Part shown: positions 27,119 to 35,991 of the stretch, one piece after another
Layout of the letters: each line of letters starts with the position of its first letter
How positions within the stretch are numbered: the first letter of the stretch is position 1
IMG/VR virus record: IMGVR_UViG_3300022072_000008
Coordinates: 1 to 63,709 of that record
From: a virus
Lineage: Duplodnaviria > Caudoviricetes
DNA: 63,709 nucleotides
Reading direction: 5' to 3' (one strand)
The notes under the pieces: model-generated
Databases searched by the model: none
What the model saw: only the letters and a program-made list of their open reading frames with translations
What the model was told of the DNA's origin: nothing
Position numbers and translations under genes: made by a program

Positions 27119-27514
27119 TTACCTATAAAACTTATGAGTGCCGATGGTGGCTACTGATTCAAGCGTGCTAGCCCAACTTGGACTAACGTAATGCGCATGA
27201 TAATGCGTAGCTCCATCGACAAGATCCGGAAAATCCGGGGTTAATACTAACGAAGCAACTTGATTTGCTTCTAGCCACGCATTAGCGTCGCGTGGTGAGT
27301 CAGACAAACCGTCACACCACCAAGAAAATTGGCAAAGATGCAATCTTCCGGGGTATTTATTGTGGTAAACAACATCACACACACTATTAGGATAGTGCGG
27401 TGAGCTGACTCTGTTCATTACAACTTGAGCGACGGCCACTTGCTCTATGAGAGGTTGTGACCTTGCTTCAAAGTAAATATTCTGCGCAAGGCAGAACAAG
27501 GCTTCTACAATCAT
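27119..27514 (-). CDS. SleB-like cell-wall hydrolase (Hydrolase_2)
   Basis: CLAQNIYFEAR, VAQVVMNRV, CQFSW, GATHYHA.YV.P.W, IG.H.FY. Confidence 0.9.
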   Translation of the reverse strand: MIVEALFCLAQNIYFEARSQPLIEQVAVAQVVMNRVSSPHYPNSVCDVVYHNKYPGRLHLCQFSWWCDGLSDSPRDANAWLEANQVASLVLTPDFPDLVDGATHYHAHYVSPSWASTLESVATIGTHKFYR

Positions 27515-27837
27515 GCGGCTTGTTTAACTCCTAATAGCTTTTGGGTAAACCAAGACAGCTTGTTTAACGTGACGATTTGATGTCGACCGCTGTAATTGTA
27601 GGTTTGGGATACTAATACAGGCGTTGCAGGACCGAGCGTTTTAACTGTAACGGGTCTGCCTCTGCGAGCACGGATTGGTTTGCCTGCATCAAGTTTTTTC
27701 TTGATACTGTATTTGCGCATCGAGCAAGCTGGGCTTGTACGTTTTAACTTTTTAGCAACTTGCGCTATTGGCAGATCGCTGTTCATTAAAAAATTAGTAT
27801 CTTTTTTGGTCCAGGTTTTATTACTTTTAGTTTTCAC
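27511..27837 (-). CDS. Basic DNA-binding-like protein
   Basis: WT..D...VAKKLKRT...R HTH/Myb-like segment plus RRGRP (AT-hook-like). Confidence 0.5.
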   Translation of the reverse strand: MKTKSNKTWTKKDTNFLMNSDLPIAQVAKKLKRTSPACSMRKYSIKKKLDAGKPIRARRGRPVTVKTLGPATPVLVSQTYNYSGRHQIVTLNKLSWFTQKLLGVKQAA

Positions 27838-28079
27838 TTTGCTACCTCATTAGCTGTGCTTATATTAACATCTTTATTGATGCTGTTTACTTCTTGTAAT
27901 TCGTTGAGTTTTTGTGCCATGGTGTTGTACAACACGTACATGGCGGTTAATGCAGCCATATTACTGCCTGAGCCTGTGCTATGGCCTTGGTATTCAGCGT
28001 TAATAAGGTCATTGCCGTATTTTAAAGCTTCGTTGATCGTTGCTCGTTCGCTGAACATTCCTACTTTTTCGTAAGTCAT
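27834..28079 (-). CDS. Hypothetical protein
   Basis: Coupled overlaps with neighbours. Confidence 0.55.
   Translation of the reverse strand: MTYEKVGMFSERATINEALKYGNDLINAEYQGHSTGSGSNMAALTAMYVLYNTMAQKLNELQEVNSINKDVNISTANEVAK
27848..27864 (-). promoter_or_regulatory. Palindromic site in a gene 3' end
   Basis: Minus strand TATAAGC-ACA-GCTAATG, directly before the RBS of 27511..27837. Confidence 0.65.
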
Positions 28080-28351
28080 ACGTTTTTCTCCGCAATATAG
28101 TTTTGGAGGAATTGGATAAGGTCACCCGCCGCCTCCTCGGGTAGATAGACTTTGGAGGTATCTATATAACTTCTCTGCAGTGTCCCAAAAGAAACCTCTA
28201 CATGACGTATCGTTAGCCCGTTTTTGTCGATGGCTCCTTCTAGGAGGTCTAGCTTTTGATAGGCCTTTGAGTACTCTGCATTTATCTTGCGTTGCTGTTT
28301 GATTTTTTCAGCAAGCGCTAAGACTTCATCGTCTGTTGTTGGTTTACTCAT
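28076..28351 (-). CDS. Hypothetical protein
   Basis: AGGAGG RBS. Confidence 0.6.
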   Translation of the reverse strand: MSKPTTDDEVLALAEKIKQQRKINAEYSKAYQKLDLLEGAIDKNGLTIRHVEVSFGTLQRSYIDTSKVYLPEEAAGDLIQFLQNYIAEKNV

Positions 28352-28360
28352 AAGTCCTCC

Positions 28361-28630
28361 TTAATCGTTAGTATGTTTGTTCATCCAATCGCGCTGGTGT
28401 TGACTGATTTCGTATTTGTCTTCGTTTTCGTCTTCCTCTTCTTCGTCTTCGGGGTCATCCATACTGGTTTCCCCACATTTCTGATCCATAATCGAAATAA
28501 TGTCTTCTCGGTATTCGCAGATATACTCGTCAAAAGACAGTGGAATGTCTCCGTTATCAATAGTTTCATCATGGTAAAAGTCGTAATGCTCACTCATGAC
28601 AATTTTAATTTGTTGTACTAAGGCTGACAT
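28361..28630 (-). CDS. Highly acidic hypothetical protein
   Basis: AAGGAG RBS; D/E-rich; shares a motif with 19464..19625. Confidence 0.6.
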   Translation of the reverse strand: MSALVQQIKIVMSEHYDFYHDETIDNGDIPLSFDEYICEYREDIISIMDQKCGETSMDDPEDEEEEDENEDKYEISQHQRDWMNKHTND

Positions 28631-28641
28631 TTGTATTCTCC

Positions 28642-29655
28642 TTATTTATAACTGGTCCAAGGTGGCATGTACCAATGATCTACTGGATGATCATTGGCCA
28701 TTGGGGTTGTGATTAGGTCTAACTTCTGGTCGATCTGCTCACGCAGCTCCTGAACAGTGACACCATAATCTTCTAGGATCTCAGCTACTTCTACTGGGTG
28801 CTCTTCGCAAAGATCTAGCATGTCGTATGCGCCTCTGTCGTAATAATTGTAATCGTCGAAAGAGTAGTCGTTGTCTGTAACGTCGCGCGATGTTGGGAGT
28901 GCTTCCCAATCAATTTGTAATAGACGAGCGAGTAACTTTTCTGCAAAGCCTACGTCTTGCGTTTCTTTGATGGTGTGTTGTGACCAGTAGCCAACGGACA
29001 AGTTGGTACACTCTGGGATCATGTGGGTGTAGTTCGCTGAGTCAGTGAACACACCGGTGTCGCAAGGCTTGAACTTGAATCCTGGTGTAATGTTGAGCTC
29101 GTTGCTCAATGCTTGTGCGAACTCGTCTGATGCACACCGTGTGCCTTGGTGTGTGATGACATCTTCGTAGTAGTGACGATCGAACGCTACGCATCTTCGT
29201 AGGCCAAGTGCCATGAGATACTCATAGTTATCTTTTGCTGAAGCACTTGATCCGAGCCCACCGACTTCTTCGTCACGGTGGAAGGCATAAAGTCCAGGGA
29301 CTTTGGCTTCGATCATGGCGAGCATAAACCATATGCCTGTGCCGTCGTCAGCACCGAGCTGTGACTTGTGATCTGTAAACAGATGGTTGGTCATAGGGTC
29401 GATGACTAACTTATTTTTGTAGTCTGCATGAGGCTTGGGATGGACAGTGTCGGTGTGACAACTGAACATTGTAGTCGACTTGTCCATGGACACTTCGACA
29501 AACACATTGCCGTAGGCATCCATGCGTGCACCTTCTAAGGATAGTAGGTTGTTGGTTACCCAATCTTCCTCAGTTTGTGAACCTGATGGGCGTTGTATTT
29601 CAAGAATGTTAAATAATTTCTGAACGTCGTTCGCTGGGGTTGTGATAGCTAACAT
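28642..29655 (-). CDS. M28/M20-like Zn metallopeptidase
   Basis: SCHTDTV, LGADD, DEEVGGLGS, AFDR, FTD, NLSVGY..QHT..E. Confidence 0.85.
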   Translation of the reverse strand: MLAITTPANDVQKLFNILEIQRPSGSQTEEDWVTNNLLSLEGARMDAYGNVFVEVSMDKSTTMFSCHTDTVHPKPHADYKNKLVIDPMTNHLFTDHKSQLGADDGTGIWFMLAMIEAKVPGLYAFHRDEEVGGLGSSASAKDNYEYLMALGLRRCVAFDRHYYEDVITHQGTRCASDEFAQALSNELNITPGFKFKPCDTGVFTDSANYTHMIPECTNLSVGYWSQHTIKETQDVGFAEKLLARLLQIDWEALPTSRDVTDNDYSFDDYNYYDRGAYDMLDLCEEHPVEVAEILEDYGVTVQELREQIDQKLDLITTPMANDHPVDHWYMPPWTSYK

Positions 29656-29665
29656 GTAATTCTCC

Positions 29666-31588
29666 TTATGCTGCTGTTTCTAGGGTGATAGGGGTAGTAG
29701 TTTCTAGTAACGAGTAATTGCCTACTTCGTCACAAACAAGGTGGCTGGTCCAGTAGTAGTCGCCGTTTATTTCTGAGGCTAAACATGTGGGGATACTTTG
29801 CTGGTGGTACTTAGAGTAGACAACTTCGTCATCTGGGAACCAATCTGTTGTGCCATCGTCCATGGTGATTAGCTCAGCGTCATCTTCTATGAGGTAATGA
29901 CCTAAATGATCGCTGTGAACTGCATACTCGTCACTAACATGCAGACCGTTGCCTATGTATGAGGCTTCGTCTTGATGAATGTACTCGTCTGATACATCAC
30001 ATGTGACTAAGTCATCTGTGTGGTAATACTCATCGGTTATATGGCATTTGTAGATGCTGTAGAATTGCAACGTGTTGTCGGTATGTCTGTACCATTCACC
30101 CATAGAGTCTATAAAAATAGCATCGTCATGATGGATGTATCGGTCATGACTATTACCGCAATACGCATGCACAAAATCATTGTCTAGGCAGCATTCGCAG
30201 ACGTCGCCAACGTCATCTACATAAGTTGCTTCGCTGTCATGATCTTGTTCGCAGTTAGCACACGTTTCCTTGCAGCTTTGGCACACGCCAGTTTGGTAAT
30301 TGGCGGTCATTTCACCGTAATTTTCTTCGCAGATGCGTAAGCAATCATCCATGTCGTCAACTGGCAGATTGCCGCTGTCGATGTATGGGCAGACAAAGGC
30401 TGCGCCATCGTTGATTGGTATACGTTCTATCGTTTGTCCTACTAAGGCATAGCTGTTATGGGTGAAACCTGCGTCTTCTAATCTACTTCGCAATTCACTA
30501 CGCGCGTTGTCCATTGCGTCGGTGTTGTGGTAAATCTCGACATATGATTGTGTGGACTGTACAACAAGTGAACGTGCTGGAATAAGTCCGTTCGGTAGTT
30601 CGATATAAGCTACTTCGATGTCGCCATTAGCTAAGATGCTAACGGGCAATCGACCGGTAGAAGCTGAACCGTCGTACCAGTCTATGGGGTGCGACATACA
30701 AGAACTTGGTCCACGTAAGTAGACGTTGGTGAATTCTTTGATGGTTTTTGCAAACTTTAGCTGCACAGTTTGGTCGCCGTTCTCAATAGCCACGCATCTG
30801 CGTACTTGATCGGAGTCAAGGTCTAAGAACTTGTTAAGGTAGCGACCGGGCTTAGTTCTGATCTGACGATCAGACTCACGGTAGCTGGGGTCAATAGGTT
30901 GAAAGGCTACTTGTCCAGGTTCTTGGGCAGAGTAATGAGGAAAGGTAAGCGGGGCGACATGATTGCTGATAAAGAAATCTTCGGTGCAGAAGCTAGGGAA
31001 GGTGCGTTGCGCCTTGAACGTTGCTGGTGCAAAGTGGCGAGCGAACTCGCGTTTGAACCAGAACGAATCTTGTATTTCTTCTGGACTCAATAGAAGTCTG
31101 CGAATGATGTGATTGACCTTGCTCGCTGTGCCTTGGTCGATGGCCGATTGGTTGTGAAGAACTAAGTTCCTAAACCAACAGCTGTAGTTGGGCAAAAACT
31201 TATTAAGTTCTTGCTCGCTGCGAATGTGCCGAGGCACATTGAACAGGTGCAGGTCGATGTTGCCTACATACTCCCAACCACTGTCAATTGCAGATTGGAA
31301 TTTTTCGTGGTCATCGTGATAACTCATTGCAAACGGCACATCTAAGCGGTCAGGATTGTAAACAATAAATTTACTGTTCTTTTCAAGTACGTCGCCTGCG
31401 TCAACGCTGTATAACTGACCTTTATGCAGATCAGACAATGGCCATATTTGCATAGGGCCCATTGTGGTCAAGTCCATTGTGGTAGTAATGGTGTGGTTGT
31501 TTTCTGCTCTGACAATTGTATTGTCGACTAAGAAAAACAAAGACACTGCATAGTCTTTAACAAAGTACTGTGGTGTGTGATAGGACAT
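29666..31588 (-). CDS. Large early protein with Cys/His/Asp-rich C-terminal repeats
   Basis: KPGRYL, GPSSCMS and PYIDS motifs; CxxC pairs and repeated acidic/His segments. Confidence 0.6.
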   Translation of the reverse strand: MSYHTPQYFVKDYAVSLFFLVDNTIVRAENNHTITTTMDLTTMGPMQIWPLSDLHKGQLYSVDAGDVLEKNSKFIVYNPDRLDVPFAMSYHDDHEKFQSAIDSGWEYVGNIDLHLFNVPRHIRSEQELNKFLPNYSCWFRNLVLHNQSAIDQGTASKVNHIIRRLLLSPEEIQDSFWFKREFARHFAPATFKAQRTFPSFCTEDFFISNHVAPLTFPHYSAQEPGQVAFQPIDPSYRESDRQIRTKPGRYLNKFLDLDSDQVRRCVAIENGDQTVQLKFAKTIKEFTNVYLRGPSSCMSHPIDWYDGSASTGRLPVSILANGDIEVAYIELPNGLIPARSLVVQSTQSYVEIYHNTDAMDNARSELRSRLEDAGFTHNSYALVGQTIERIPINDGAAFVCPYIDSGNLPVDDMDDCLRICEENYGEMTANYQTGVCQSCKETCANCEQDHDSEATYVDDVGDVCECCLDNDFVHAYCGNSHDRYIHHDDAIFIDSMGEWYRHTDNTLQFYSIYKCHITDEYYHTDDLVTCDVSDEYIHQDEASYIGNGLHVSDEYAVHSDHLGHYLIEDDAELITMDDGTTDWFPDDEVVYSKYHQQSIPTCLASEINGDYYWTSHLVCDEVGNYSLLETTTPITLETAA

Positions 31589-31603
31589 AAGATAACTCCA
31601 TTT

Positions 31604-31620
31604 GATTAGCTGTGCTTATA
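31604..31620 (-). promoter_or_regulatory. Palindromic site
   Basis: Minus strand TATAAGC-ACA-GCTAATC, directly before the RBS of the gene starting at 31588. Confidence 0.7.
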
Positions 31621-31634
31621 ACAACAAGCACTGG

Positions 31635-31859
31635 TTAAGGTTTAAGGACTAGATCCTCAAACTTTGCTTCGATCCATACATGAGCGCCGCATCCAAGTGG
31701 GAACTCTGGGGAATAGATGATCTTACTAGGGCCATCTATGATTACTTCGCGGCAATATGTGTTTGCCTTGTAAGTTTTTACAGTTATGCAAGGATGATTC
31801 TCACCATGCTTACGATTGTCACGAATGACATGTTGATTAATGTGTATTCGGGCTTTCAT
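31635..31859 (-). CDS. Hypothetical phage protein
   Basis: IHINQHVIR.N.K...P.ITVK...V.I.GPS...Y.P..PL.CGA.VWIE pattern; GAGG RBS. Confidence 0.65.
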   Translation of the reverse strand: MKARIHINQHVIRDNRKHGENHPCITVKTYKANTYCREVIIDGPSKIIYSPEFPLGCGAHVWIEAKFEDLVLKP

Positions 31860-32286
31860 TGAGCACCTCATCAATTAATATTTGTCGTTTGTTATCTATT
31901 CGAGAATAAAGATTGTTAACTTGCACAGTTCTTTGACAGAACGTCTTGCCAGATAAGCTTTTTATATATATGACACATTCGTCATACGGCACATTTAATG
32001 CTCGTAATTGAACAACTAAATCTAAAATTACGTTACGGATTAATGTTTTTCGTTGTTTTCTTATTTTTGTAAACAGGTTTTTACGATTTATGGCTGTTTG
32101 ACAACCTTGTATGGAACGCTTTAATACCTGTCCACAATTTTCTAAGGGCATATTTAGGGCTCGCAATTCAACAAGCAAGTCGAGTTCGTTTTGAGAAAAC
32201 GGCTTGCCGTGAACAAATTGTCTTTGGTCAAAGCCTGTAGGTTTTTTTAAACGTTTAGGAATCTTAGGTTTAAACACTAGGCTCAT
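31837..32286 (-). CDS. Basic protein with internal duplication
   Basis: LDLLVELRALNMP...RK.RK.LI recurs as LDLVVQLRALNVP...KRQILI. Confidence 0.55.
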   Translation of the reverse strand: MSLVFKPKIPKRLKKPTGFDQRQFVHGKPFSQNELDLLVELRALNMPLENCGQVLKRSIQGCQTAINRKNLFTKIRKQRKTLIRNVILDLVVQLRALNVPYDECVIYIKSLSGKTFCQRTVQVNNLYSRIDNKRQILIDEVLNESPNTH

Positions 32287-32452
32287 CTTTTACCTCGTTA
32301 AGTACATTGATCTTTTGCTGAAACTCAGCAGCTTTGACGGTGTGGTAATTTACATAGTCATCGTTGCGGCGCATCGCTTCTATGTAGTTGTCACGTTCGA
32401 TGGTGTATTTGTTCAAAAGCTTTGCTTTTTGGAGATTTTCTTTAAGTGTCAT
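32270..32452 (-). CDS. Hypothetical protein
   Basis: AAGGA RBS; overlaps neighbours. Confidence 0.55.
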   Translation of the reverse strand: MTLKENLQKAKLLNKYTIERDNYIEAMRRNDDYVNYHTVKAAEFQQKINVLNEVKDEPSV

Positions 32453-32855
32453 CTTGGTCCTTTGATAATTGTTGATCTAACTTGTCCCAAGAAGGGTAGT
32501 CGTCTTGGGCTAATTGCATTTGGCTGACCATTTGCACATTGGTAACTTCATCTGCCGCCGCATCGTATTCTAGGTAGCACACGACGCGTTTAGTTCTAAT
32601 ACCCTTATTTACTGTAAGGGTATTCTCACGGTCAAACTTGTCTGCACGCACCCTGATGATGGCGTCTTCTACGCTCTCTGGTTTAGCTTGCGTGATGGCA
32701 GGTTCTATATTAAATCCTGCTTCTTTGTTTAAGAAAGCAAGGAGTCCTGGTTTGTCAGTGGGGACTTCCCACATATCGAACTGTCCTAGATCTCTTTTAG
32801 CATCGGCTTGTGTGCCTGCCCATTGGGTGCGGTTTTGGTTGACATAAAGTTTCAT
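32442..32855 (-). CDS. Hypothetical protein
   Basis: Start MKLYVN after GGAG; WAGTQADAK...VPTDKPGLL.FLN motif. Confidence 0.6.
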   Translation of the reverse strand: MKLYVNQNRTQWAGTQADAKRDLGQFDMWEVPTDKPGLLAFLNKEAGFNIEPAITQAKPESVEDAIIRVRADKFDRENTLTVNKGIRTKRVVCYLEYDAAADEVTNVQMVSQMQLAQDDYPSWDKLDQQLSKDQDDT

Positions 32856-32869
32856 GTCTTTTACTCCAT

Positions 32870-33004
32870 TTAGTGTATTGCTTTTTGGTCTTCGTCCAGT
32901 GGCCATGGGAACCAGTGCCCACAGTCCGTGCAGTATTTAAGGAACTGGGATCTTATTAGCCCTAAATGAGTACCGCCGCATAGGGGACATGCTTTGGTAC
33001 TCAT
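32870..33004 (-). CDS. Small zinc-ribbon protein (44 aa; not in ORF track)
   Basis: MSTKACPLCGG...YCTDCGHWFPW; ATGA overlap with the upstream gene. Confidence 0.6.
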   Translation of the reverse strand: MSTKACPLCGGTHLGLIRSQFLKYCTDCGHWFPWPLDEDQKAIH

Positions 33005-33267
33005 TCTGCAGAATTTGCGGGTTTGTTTGAGTCGCGTTGGGCGTGCCAACCTTCTAAATCGTTCTCAAACCGTGTGCCAGTGAGGTCGTGCATTAAATAT
33101 TTATTGGCCCACTTTGTCTCAGTGAGAGAGTTGTTAATTTGCGCTTGAATCTCGTTAATTTTCACCTGCAGATTTTCAATCGAGCGTTCCTTACTTGCGC
33201 GGAGCTTGGTTCCAGATCTTAGGAACTCGACAAGTTCCTTGTCTGACTTCCACATTAAATTGCTCAT
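33001..33267 (-). CDS. Coiled-coil hypothetical protein
   Basis: AAATGGAGTTA RBS before ATG 33267. Confidence 0.55.
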   Translation of the reverse strand: MSNLMWKSDKELVEFLRSGTKLRASKERSIENLQVKINEIQAQINNSLTETKWANKYLMHDLTGTRFENDLEGWHAQRDSNKPANSAE

Positions 33268-33291
33268 GGTTAACTCCATTTAGTTATAGGG

Positions 33292-33418
33292 TGACACCTT
33301 GCCTATACCCGTACTACTTTCGGGGAATTACAAAGTAAGCCATGTACATGGTTACAAGGTGTCATAAAGGGTGATGCTTTACCTATTGCGTACAGTACAT
33401 CTGTATAGGTAGAGCATC
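33292..33418 (-). ncRNA. Candidate structured intergenic RNA / processing site
   Basis: Two long stems: 33373-33386 pairs with 33405-33418; 33292-33301 pairs with 33355-33364 and encloses smaller hairpins. Confidence 0.45.
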
Positions 33419-33422
33419 GTGG

Positions 33423-33641
33423 TTATAAATACTCAGCTAGTTCTTTGTCCAACGCGCGCTGCGCGAGGGCAGCTTCTATTTTTGCGCGTGCCACATTGGT
33501 TTTGTATGCAGGCTCTTTGTAGAGGTTGCTATTGGTTAAATTGACGCGTGCGACTGCAGCGTCTTCGTCGTAGCGTCCCTGCGCATCGAGCCAGTGGCAA
33601 TCGACAGGCAGGAAATGTCCTTTGGGCATGACGCTGCTCAT
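33423..33641 (-). CDS. Hypothetical protein
   Basis: ATGA overlap. Confidence 0.55.
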   Translation of the reverse strand: MSSVMPKGHFLPVDCHWLDAQGRYDEDAAVARVNLTNSNLYKEPAYKTNVARAKIEAALAQRALDKELAEYL

Positions 33642-33874
33642 GCCACCATCTCATGGAGGGCTTGGGTAACGTGTTCCTCGTTGAGATAATCTAAGTCTCC
33701 ACCTGCATCGCGTCCTATTGCTGCTGCGCTAAGCACATCGTAGTCAAGCTCAGGTTCTGTTCCTGGGTCGACGCTGTCGTGGCGCATATCCGGAGGGTTG
33801 CCGGGGTGGTAGTGGGTGACGTTGACGTCAACAAGCCAGTTGCCGACGACGATTGTGTGATTGCCTGTAGTCAT
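33638..33874 (-). CDS. Hypothetical protein
   Basis: AAGGAG RBS; ATGA overlap. Confidence 0.55.
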   Translation of the reverse strand: MTTGNHTIVVGNWLVDVNVTHYHPGNPPDMRHDSVDPGTEPELDYDVLSAAAIGRDAGGDLDYLNEEHVTQALHEMVA

Positions 33875-34119
33875 GGTTTGTTGCTCCTTGCTAAAGCTAG
33901 CATTGTTGGTTGGTACACCTTAAAAAACGCCTCTATCTTAAAGGGCGTATCAAAGGTGAGGTTGGCCCAAGAGCCATTCTCACGTTGCTCAACTGCCCAC
34001 ATGGGCAATGATTCCTTCCGAGCCCTGATGATCATCCGATCAATTGTATTGTCGTCGATCTTCTGGAACTTGGCCCATACACGTAAGGCGGGGTAGGCCC
34101 ATTTACTTTTGGTTTTCAT
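33871..34119 (-). CDS. Hypothetical protein
   Basis: AGGA RBS; first gene after the palindrome pair. Confidence 0.55.
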   Translation of the reverse strand: MKTKSKWAYPALRVWAKFQKIDDNTIDRMIIRARKESLPMWAVEQRENGSWANLTFDTPFKIEAFFKVYQPTMLALARSNKP

Positions 34120-34167
34120 ATTGTCCTGCTTATAAATCTTAGTTGGTTAATATTAGCCGTGCTTATA
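34118..34167 (-). promoter_or_regulatory. Palindromic site plus half site
   Basis: Minus strand TATAAGC-ACG-GCTAATA (34151-34167) and a TATAAGC half site (34128-34134). Confidence 0.65.
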
Positions 34168-34203
34168 GAATTAAGCAAGAGTTATTTTTGTTGTACATTA
34201 AAC

Positions 34204-34249
34204 TGTACAGGTTACATTAAGAGGTTTATTGATATGTACAGGTTACATT
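34204..34249. repeat. 15-bp direct repeat TGTACAGGTTACATT x2
   Basis: 34204-34218 and 34235-34249 (31-bp period). Confidence 0.8.
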
Positions 34250-34271
34250 GAGCGCTGCTCGTTGTTGTTAG

Positions 34272-34311
34272 ACCGGGACATAAAAAAAGGGCCCGAAGGC
34301 CCTTTGGGTTA
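34272..34311 (-). terminator. Intrinsic terminator (UUCG loop)
   Basis: Minus strand GGGCC-TTCG-GGCCC-TTTTTTT right after the stop codon. Confidence 0.9.
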
Positions 34312-34986
34312 GACTAGATGCGCCGTGCTTTGTGCGACTTTGACAAGCTGTAGTACAACGTCGTTGTGCTGCTTGTTTTCTGCAAACTTGGCTTCAGTGC
34401 GAGACTGAGCTTGCTGTTTGCTACGCTTTTTATTGAGCTCGGTGACTACGAAGATCTCGTAGCGTTCTTTCCTGCTAGTTGTAGGCACGATGTTGAACAT
34501 GTCGTGCAATAGCGAGATGTCGGACATGGTCTGTGTGAACCGTTCTGATGTCTCGCTGACAACTTTGTAGCCGAACTCGCTGAGCTGGATCTTGTTCCTG
34601 TCGGTGTCTGCGTAGACGGTGTCTTTGACACCCTGCGCATCCTGCGTGCCGTAGACATCTTGTACAGGCTTTATCTGTACGAACATGTCGTGACTGTTAG
34701 CTACGGTGTTAGCGCAATACTTGAGTTCACGCTGGTTTGAATCGTAGGCAATTCCCATGTCATCGCCGAACATTTGTTCGAATGATGGCGTGGTTTGGAA
34801 CGCTGCAATATTGCCATAATTGGCAATTACGCCGAGTTGATTACATGCCATTTGTGACAAGAAATCAATTTGGTTTTGCAGGTAAGTACTGAACTGCTCT
34901 GTCATTTGGAATGATCCGGTGACAGTTTGCTCAGTGCGTACTGGCTCGAATGCTGCTGCTTTTACTTTAGTGTTTACTTTAGTCAT
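34309..34986 (-). CDS. Hypothetical early protein
   Basis: AAGGA RBS; 225 aa; followed by its own terminator. Confidence 0.7.
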   Translation of the reverse strand: MTKVNTKVKAAAFEPVRTEQTVTGSFQMTEQFSTYLQNQIDFLSQMACNQLGVIANYGNIAAFQTTPSFEQMFGDDMGIAYDSNQRELKYCANTVANSHDMFVQIKPVQDVYGTQDAQGVKDTVYADTDRNKIQLSEFGYKVVSETSERFTQTMSDISLLHDMFNIVPTTSRKERYEIFVVTELNKKRSKQQAQSRTEAKFAENKQHNDVVLQLVKVAQSTAHLV

Positions 34987-34997
34987 GATGATATTCC

Positions 34998-35165
34998 TTA
35001 ATGTTGTGCGCGTTGTTGCGCGATTGTGTTACGAATGTATTCTTCGCGTGCTATTCCTACTAAGGGCTCGAAAGGTAATTCCTCAAAGCTTCTGGTGTCA
35101 GATTCTTGTGCAATTAAGATGTCTAACGGGTCGTTGCTTGCTGCTGTGTATACGATTTCGTACAT
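34998..35165 (-). CDS. Small hypothetical protein (55 aa; not in ORF track)
   Basis: AGGAG RBS; MYEIVYTAASNDPLDILIAQE... Confidence 0.6.
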   Translation of the reverse strand: MYEIVYTAASNDPLDILIAQESDTRSFEELPFEPLVGIAREEYIRNTIAQQRAQH

Positions 35166-35172
35166 GTCATAT

Positions 35173-35237
35173 CTCCTATGGTTGATGACACTTCACACGA
35201 CGAACGCTGGGTACGTAGTACTCAGCGAAAATTTCTA
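35173..35237 (-). repeat. Conserved structured leader, copy 1
   Basis: TAGAA..TTCGCTG-[hairpin]-CAGCGTTCGTCG..GTGTCATCAACCA.AGGAG; second copy at ~35992-36060. Confidence 0.7.
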
Positions 35238-35452
35238 CGCCTTCGGTTTGCGTGGACTCTGCGCGCTGCGCGTTGTCCGTTGCCCTCGGTCAAGGACTTG
35301 GTTATTCTGTCCTCTGCTATTTGACTGATTGCTATGTACGTGACCATACATAGTGCGGTGTACACGACAGACATCTCCCAAGAGATGAAGATGACAAGCG
35401 CTACTGCGCAAAAGATCATTGATAAGCCTGAGATAATGTTAAATATGTTCAT
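35222..35452 (-). CDS. Small membrane protein (2 TM, basic tail)
   Basis: Hydrophobic N-terminal half; AAGGA RBS. Confidence 0.55.
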   Translation of the reverse strand: MNIFNIISGLSMIFCAVALVIFISWEMSVVYTALCMVTYIAISQIAEDRITKSLTEGNGQRAARRVHANRRRRNFR

Positions 35453-35624
35453 GGTTCGTTTCCTTTTCTAGGACTGCGTTAAGTTCTTTGATTACTCTTT
35501 TGTAGCGGATGTAGATTAGTGGACTAAGGACAATGCCCGTTGCCACGGTGACTGCTACAAGAGGTGTGAGTGCAACGACCGTTGTTGCAGTTGCCAGTGG
35601 CTTGGTAAACGTTGATAGTTTCAT
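35439..35624 (-). CDS. Small membrane protein
   Basis: Long hydrophobic stretch; AAGGAG RBS; ATGA overlap. Confidence 0.55.
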   Translation of the reverse strand: MKLSTFTKPLATATTVVALTPLVAVTVATGIVLSPLIYIRYKRVIKELNAVLEKETNHEHI

Positions 35625-35983
35625 GTTGACTCCTTGGTCAAGGGGGTTAATGCGGCTGTTACCATGTACTGTGTTAATCGTTCATCGGCCTTTGACCATT
35701 GGTCGTTTGCGATTCTTAACCAGTTTTTGTGGTCGGTTAGCAATTGCTCTAACTTTGCATTTTCTGCCTCTAGCTGATCAATGCGCGCTGCCATTGCTTC
35801 CATGTCTTGCTCTACATGGTATTGAGCAGTTGCTCGTTCGAGATCTTTCCGTAACATAGAATTGCACGGGTATTGATCAACTGCTCGTTCGAGCTCTTCT
35901 GGAGTGAATGTGTACCCTCCAAGGTCGCCTTCTGCTCCCCAAGTCATTTCGTGTTGCTTAGGACGTTGATTTAATGTAGTCAT
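35621..35983 (-). CDS. Coiled-coil hypothetical early protein
   Basis: GAGGAG RBS. Confidence 0.6.
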   Translation of the reverse strand: MTTLNQRPKQHEMTWGAEGDLGGYTFTPEELERAVDQYPCNSMLRKDLERATAQYHVEQDMEAMAARIDQLEAENAKLEQLLTDHKNWLRIANDQWSKADERLTQYMVTAALTPLTKEST

Positions 35984-35991
35984 GTGAGTAC

